Shown: one piece after another, positions 57,799 through 61,633 of the stretch
Position numbering within the stretch: position 1 is the first letter of the stretch
Layout of the letters: each line of letters opens with the position of its first letter
Source of the DNA: a virus
Taxonomy: Duplodnaviria; Caudoviricetes
Strand: one strand, 5' to 3'
Virus record (IMG/VR): IMGVR_UViG_3300037508_000909
Span: 1 to 61,633 of that record
Length of the DNA: 61,633 nucleotides
Made by a program: the position numbers and the translations under genes
The notes under the pieces: generated by a model
Database searches by the model: none
What the model saw: the letters and a program-made list of their open reading frames with translations, nothing else
What the model was told of the DNA's origin: nothing

Positions 57799-58121
57799 GC
57801 GAGGTTTGGACGCACCTTATTCGGCCCATGTCGGGTTGTACCGCAGCAACTCCACCTCCTCACACGCGGGTGGTGGATGTGAGCGACAGCAAAAACAAAG
57901 GGGGCGCAGCCGTGAGCAAAAAATACACAATCGAATTCACCGAAGACTTCTATGTGGGAGAGAACGAAGATTCTGATTTTTGGGAGAACTGGGGAGAGGT
58001 GGGTGATGGGAGAAACGAAAAGGAAAGCATAAAGGTTATGAAAGAGATGCGCGAAGACCTTGAGAGGTTTGGTTTCCGTTTTCGTCTTGTCGAAACAACA
58101 TGTGAGGAGGTGCAGCCGTGA
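57795..58121 (+). CDS. Hypothetical protein (possible internal start GTG 57912)
   Basis: Bounded by junction repeats, with an in-frame internal variant. Confidence 0.55.
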   Translation: MSEVWTHLIRPMSGCTAATPPPHTRVVDVSDSKNKGGAAVSKKYTIEFTEDFYVGENEDSDFWENWGEVGDGRNEKESIKVMKEMREDLERFGFRFRLVETTCEEVQP

Positions 58122-58405
58122 CCGACGAGCAAATCAACCGCGCTATTGCCGAAGCGTGTGGGTGGAACAACAAGCCAGTTGTGCGCACAAATGGCAAAGG
58201 CAGTGTTTGGGTTACTGAGTGGCCAGACTACTGCTCCGACCTCAACGCGATGCACGAGGCGGAGAAGGTGCTGACCTTTGATGAGTGGGATATTTATTGC
58301 GTACATTTAGGTGACACTCAGCCATCCTGTGCAAAAGCCAACGCCCGTCAACGCGCAGAGGCGTTTCTGCGCACATTGGGTAAGTGGGAGGAGGTGCAGC
58401 CGTGA
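58118..58405 (+). CDS. Small phage protein (NinX/ABA-sandwich-like)
   Basis: MTDEQINRAIAEACGW...PDYCSDLNAM...ARQRAEAFL. Confidence 0.65.
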   Translation: MTDEQINRAIAEACGWNNKPVVRTNGKGSVWVTEWPDYCSDLNAMHEAEKVLTFDEWDIYCVHLGDTQPSCAKANARQRAEAFLRTLGKWEEVQP

Positions 58406-58656
58406 GTTTTGACCCTCGATGGCTCGACAGATGGCTCGCAGATGTGCCGGAAGACACCGATGGGCCGGAGTGCGTGAAGTGCGGCGACCTCATGGAGTGG
58501 CAAGCTGACCACGACGAGTTTGGCCCATGCGGAGACTGGAAGTGCGTATCAAGAGACTGCGCCCCACACCTTTACCAAAATGAAAACGAGCAAGAAACAA
58601 AACAAAAAAACGGTTCAGATTGCGAAAGCAGCCAACCGGATTCTGGAAAACATTGA
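58402..58656 (+). CDS. Small Zn-ribbon protein
   Basis: CVKCG...C..WKC...C; GTG start inside the junction repeat. Confidence 0.55.
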   Translation: MSFDPRWLDRWLADVPEDTDGPECVKCGDLMEWQADHDEFGPCGDWKCVSRDCAPHLYQNENEQETKQKNGSDCESSQPDSGKH

Positions 58657-58753
58657 GTTTTATATGACTCAAGAAGAGATAGACCATGTAAAGTCATTAT
58701 TCGCAGAGGAATATGCAATCATCAAACTTGAAATCGAATGTGCTATGCGTTGA
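58580..58753 (+). CDS. Small hypothetical protein
   Basis: A-rich ATG 58580; overlaps the previous ORF. Confidence 0.35.
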   Translation: MKTSKKQNKKTVQIAKAANRILENIEFYMTQEEIDHVKSLFAEEYAIIKLEIECAMR

Positions 58754-59114
58754 ACCCGTTTGGGGGCAACGGCATGGAGAGAAGCATGGCAACTGGACAA
58801 GGCAGTCATCGCACATCAAGTGCCGCGCAGATGCCGTTGGCGCAATGGTTTACGTCTTTGGTGACGAAAGGATTCTGGCGCATTGCATTGAAGATGCGTG
58901 CGTTACGCTTCAGGAGCAGAAACTTGAATCGCTCAAGAAGGAACTGAAAGCATTCCAGTGGGAGTTAAATGAGCTTGATATTGCGATGGCAGAAATCGAA
59001 GACGAGATAGAGAATAAGCAGCTAGAAATAAGCAAATTGCAAAAAGAAATAGCGCAGCAAATCAGTTTGCATAAGTCACCCCCAGTTGACCCGAACCAGA
59101 TTCCGCTGTTGTAA
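58713..59114 (+). CDS. Coiled-coil hypothetical protein (start uncertain)
   Basis: Heptad-rich C-terminus ending DPNQIPLL. Confidence 0.55.
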   Translation: MQSSNLKSNVLCVEPVWGQRHGEKHGNWTRQSSHIKCRADAVGAMVYVFGDERILAHCIEDACVTLQEQKLESLKKELKAFQWELNELDIAMAEIEDEIENKQLEISKLQKEIAQQISLHKSPPVDPNQIPLL

Positions 59115-59124
59115 ACAAAAAAAC

Positions 59125-59159
59125 TTGTCATAAAAAAATCAAACGATAGAACACGAATA
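59125..59159 (+). promoter_or_regulatory. Putative promoter for a leaderless mRNA
   Basis: A-tract then TTGTCA-16-TAGAAC; predicted +1 coincides with ATG 59159. Confidence 0.5.
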
Positions 59160-59443
59160 TGGACACATTGTTCCTTGACGAGGTAGAAGTCCGATACCTC
59201 CCATCAACGGCAAAAAGAGCGGATAGGGTCAAGCTCGCATATATCAATCGCGGCAAGACACTTACAATGCATTTCGAGGGGACGAAGGTGGAAAACCCTG
59301 ACCATGAGGCAATTGAGTTTCTCAACCAGCACGAAGTGCCTGTTGAGTTCGCAATCTCACGGGATGGGTCGCGCCCAACATCTCTCGGAATCAAAGCAGA
59401 ACACAGAAAGCAGCTTTGTAAGCTGTTCAAAATCAAAAGATAA
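59159..59443 (+). CDS. Hypothetical protein
   Basis: 94 aa; TAATG coupling. Confidence 0.65.
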   Translation: MDTLFLDEVEVRYLPSTAKRADRVKLAYINRGKTLTMHFEGTKVENPDHEAIEFLNQHEVPVEFAISRDGSRPTSLGIKAEHRKQLCKLFKIKR

Positions 59444-59865
59444 TGGAAGAACAAGATACACTAATAACGGAAGCATCGCAGCCTGAAGCGTTTGCAAGTA
59501 AGCCCCACGAAAGTAAGCTCGACATCCTCGATAAAGTGTTCGCATCGAACACTCGTCGCAAGATTCGGTACTTTCTCATCGTTGGCGATTTCACCGAGGA
59601 GAAGAAGACCATCATTGTCCACATCGACTCCGGCGCATGGATTAGTCTGGAAAACTCGTTCGATGAGGCAGTTGAGCGAATCGACGAGAAGCCAGAGAAC
59701 GACGCACCGCTCTTGAGCGCAATCCTCACGACGCGAATGATGGCGATTGAGAATGCCATCATTAAGGAGCAACAGAAAGCAGCAGATTCGAGCGAGCCAT
59801 CGTGCGATGTTCAATCCTCATGCTCTGCTGATGCTTCATGCGATGTAGATTCGCAGCCTGAGTAA
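59443..59865 (+). CDS. Acidic hypothetical protein
   Basis: 140-aa ORF. Confidence 0.6.
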   Translation: MEEQDTLITEASQPEAFASKPHESKLDILDKVFASNTRRKIRYFLIVGDFTEEKKTIIVHIDSGAWISLENSFDEAVERIDEKPENDAPLLSAILTTRMMAIENAIIKEQQKAADSSEPSCDVQSSCSADASCDVDSQPE

Positions 59866-59993
59866 AAGACCCACAGGGGGGATTATACAAGGGGGGATGA
59901 GCCTGAAATGTCAAGCTCATTCCCCTGAGTATACATAGATTGCACAAGACAAGTGACTTACGACATTCGCAAAACTAATCGCAACCGACTAAC

Positions 59994-60566
59994 GTGGGCC
60001 GATTGACTAACAGACTCCACGAAAGATTCGCTTGGGGCATTGCTGAAGGGCTAGACCAGCAAGCTGCATATCTACGCGTGCAGCCTCACGTCAAAGCGAC
60101 AACTGCCCGCGTCAACGGATGCAAACTTGCAAAGCGAATTGAGATTCGCGAACGCATTCAGCAAATACGCGAGGAGGTCAACTGTCGGTCGCTCATGGCA
60201 ATCGACGAGAAGCGCGACCTGCTCCGGCAAATGGCTGAGGGAAGCGTACCTACCAAAATCGTCCGGAAGGGCGATGGCACGGTTGAGGCGACCTTCGACC
60301 GACTCGCCGCGCTCCTCGCCGACGCCAAGCTCGCTGGCGAATTCGCGCCGGAGAAGCTCCAAGTCGAGAACGAGAAACTCAACCTCACCTTTGAACTCTA
60401 CGGTCGCAACAGTCGCCCGCCGAAGGAGTGGCTCGAAGCGGAAATCGTTGAGCCAAAGGTCATTTCGGGAAGCGCAAAGGCACCGATGGACTTGTCCATG
60501 TACAAGGTCGAGCCGCGCTCCGGAACGCCGAGCCTGACCGAGGTGATGGCGACGCCAAAAACTTAA
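59994..60566 (+). CDS. terS: Terminase small subunit
   Basis: HERFAWGIAEG.DQ..AY...A..NG.KL....EI..RI is a TerS N-terminal HTH pattern; upstream of TerL. Confidence 0.75.
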   Translation: MGRLTNRLHERFAWGIAEGLDQQAAYLRVQPHVKATTARVNGCKLAKRIEIRERIQQIREEVNCRSLMAIDEKRDLLRQMAEGSVPTKIVRKGDGTVEATFDRLAALLADAKLAGEFAPEKLQVENEKLNLTFELYGRNSRPPKEWLEAEIVEPKVISGSAKAPMDLSMYKVEPRSGTPSLTEVMATPKT

Positions 60567-60642
60567 GGGATTGTAGCTCAGAGGTTAGAGCGTGCGACTC
60601 ATAATCGCTTGGTCGCGGGTTCGATTCCCGCCAATCCCACCA
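60567..60642 (+). tRNA. tRNA with CAU anticodon, most likely tRNA-Ile2 (lysidine-modified, reads AUA)
   Basis: Cloverleaf GGGATTG/CAATCCC, D arm GCTC/GAGC, GCGA-CTCATAA-TCGC, T loop TTCGATT, encoded CCA; anticodon arm resembles bacterial Ile2 tRNAs and lacks fMet features. Confidence 0.92.
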
Positions 60643-60647
60643 ACTTT

Positions 60648-60866
60648 ATGGAAATCAACCTGATAGCAAAATACACTGGTATTCAAGCTCCTGCCGGACT
60701 TGCAGTGCTCGCCCCCAAAACGCTGCCGCGCTCCGGCCCCACAGGGACGATGGGTTCAGCGCAGCCTCCCGACAAAATCATCCCCGCCGGAGCGGGCATC
60801 TACGGGCCGGACGGCAAGCTGCCATCCATCCAAGGCACTGGACTTGAGTTTCTTGCATATGCATAA
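60648..60866 (+). CDS. Small hypothetical protein
   Basis: ATG 6 nt after the tRNA. Confidence 0.55.
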   Translation: MEINLIAKYTGIQAPAGLAVLAPKTLPRSGPTGTMGSAQPPDKIIPAGAGIYGPDGKLPSIQGTGLEFLAYA

Positions 60867-60867
60867 A

Positions 60868-61128
60868 ATGACTCGCGAAGAGATTGAACGGCTTTGCAAA
60901 GACGCGGAAGTCGAGTTGTTGCTCGCGGACGGACTCGACGGGGCATTCGTTGGCTGGCTCGACGGAGACCCAATCATCGGCCCGCCCCCTCGCGCAGTGT
61001 ACAGTAAGCTGCTTTGCATCGAGTGCCTTGTCGAGCGAGGCATGGACTGGGACGAAGCCGTTGAGTATCTGGAATTCAACACGTTCCAAGCCTACGTTGG
61101 GCCACAAACCCCGCTGTTCCTCAATTGA
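60868..61128 (+). CDS. Conserved small phage protein
   Basis: ADGLDGAFVG...AVYS...GMDWDEAVEYLEFN...YVGPQTP. Confidence 0.7.
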   Translation: MTREEIERLCKDAEVELLLADGLDGAFVGWLDGDPIIGPPPRAVYSKLLCIECLVERGMDWDEAVEYLEFNTFQAYVGPQTPLFLN

Positions 61129-61633
61129 TAACGCCCGTCCAACGCGCACTGGCCGCTGCCGAACGCATCCGTGCTGCTGCTGAGGCCGATGAGGAGTCCG
61201 GCATCCTTCACGCTGCCGGAATCATCCTGCAGAACTTCTCGACGCTCCGAGGACAAAGGAGACTGACGCTTGAACAAGCCGAAGACGTTGTGCGGCAGTA
61301 CGTTATGGCACTGCTCAACAACGACCAGTTTGAGGCTGCTGCCACAATCCTTTGGGGTTCAAGCGCATACGACTGGACTCCGCTCTCATCTCGCGAGACT
61401 TGGCGTTGCCTGTTTGAGCACGACAAGCTCCTCATTCAGGGGGCGGGAGCGATGGGCAAATCGTATGGGGCCGGAGCATGGTTTTACCTCGACTGGTATC
61501 GAGACCCTGCGTGGACAGCAATCAAGGTCGTCTCGCTGACGCGGGAGCACGCGGAGCGCAACATATTCGCGTCCATCCGCAACTTTCACCGGAGCGCGTT
61601 GGTGCGCCCGCTGACCGAGGTTGCGGACGACCT
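61125..61633 (+). CDS. terL: Terminase large subunit, N-terminal ATPase part (truncated by window end; absent from the ORF track)
   Basis: Open frame from TTG 61125 translated by hand: ...LLIQGAGAMGKSYG (Walker A)...IKVVSLTREHA. Confidence 0.8.
   Translation, partial: MITPVQRALAAAERIRAAAEADEESGILHAAGIILQNFSTLRGQRRLTLEQAEDVVRQYVMALLNNDQFEAAATILWGSSAYDWTPLSSRETWRCLFEHDKLLIQGAGAMGKSYGAGAWFYLDWYRDPAWTAIKVVSLTREHAERNIFASIRNFHRSALVRPLTEVADD

Larger units (their letters stand above)
57467..58405 (+). repeat. 18-bp gene-junction repeat GAGGAGGTGCAGCCGTGA (3 exact, 2 variant)
   Basis: Exact copies at 57781, 58104 and 58388; variants at 57467 and 57898. Confidence 0.85.
1..61633 (+). mobile_element. 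Tailed dsDNA bacteriophage genome, near-complete, probably podovirus-like
   Basis: Portal/scaffold/capsid, tail fibres, holin-endolysin, TerS/TerL and a phage replication module are all co-oriented; no host housekeeping genes. Confidence 0.95.

Noticed and set aside
59882-59914. Minus-strand sigma70 promoter (TTGACA...TATAAT)
   Set aside because: The spacer is 21 nt and the region reads better as a long hairpin (59884-59933)
1-61633. Alternative genetic code or stop-codon reassignment
   Set aside because: Standard code gives dense, uninterrupted genes up to 3700 aa, and all three stops are used

Overview
This is a nearly complete, circularly permuted genome of a tailed dsDNA bacteriophage with all credible genes on the + strand. 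It is probably podovirus-like: there is no tape-measure gene, but there are tail adaptor/nozzle-like genes and large internal (ejected) proteins. Gene order: accessory genes (HTH, DUF2829/Tad2-like, MazG-like, ParB-like); portal, scaffold and major capsid; two modular tail fibres around a holin/M15 endolysin cassette; tail and internal virion proteins including a 3700-aa polyvalent protein; an Erv/ALR-like sulfhydryl oxidase; a recombination/replication module (PD-(D/E)XK nuclease, Sak4-like ATPase, SSB, RusA, DUF1376 initiator with iterons, DnaC-like loader); about 13 kb of small accessory genes; TerS, tRNA-Ile2(CAU) and the start of TerL, which is cut by the window end. I saw no integrase, DNA polymerase, reverse transcriptase or CRISPR array. 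Main unexplained structures: (1) seven fixed-spacing ~105-125 bp leader repeats (half or full palindrome, A-tract, -10-like box, covarying hairpin, A/C-rich SD-less start) that divide 46.8-56.1 kb into gene cassettes and are mosaics of one another; (2) an 18-bp SD+stop/start junction repeat joining small genes at 57.5-58.4 kb; (3) an Erv-type disulfide oxidase alongside Cys-rich virion proteins; (4) x(N/Q)FLP-delimited effector modules in the giant protein; (5) a circularly permuted Cas4/AddB-like nuclease; (6) three structured intergenic ncRNA candidates. All family assignments come from motif recognition by eye, not database searches.
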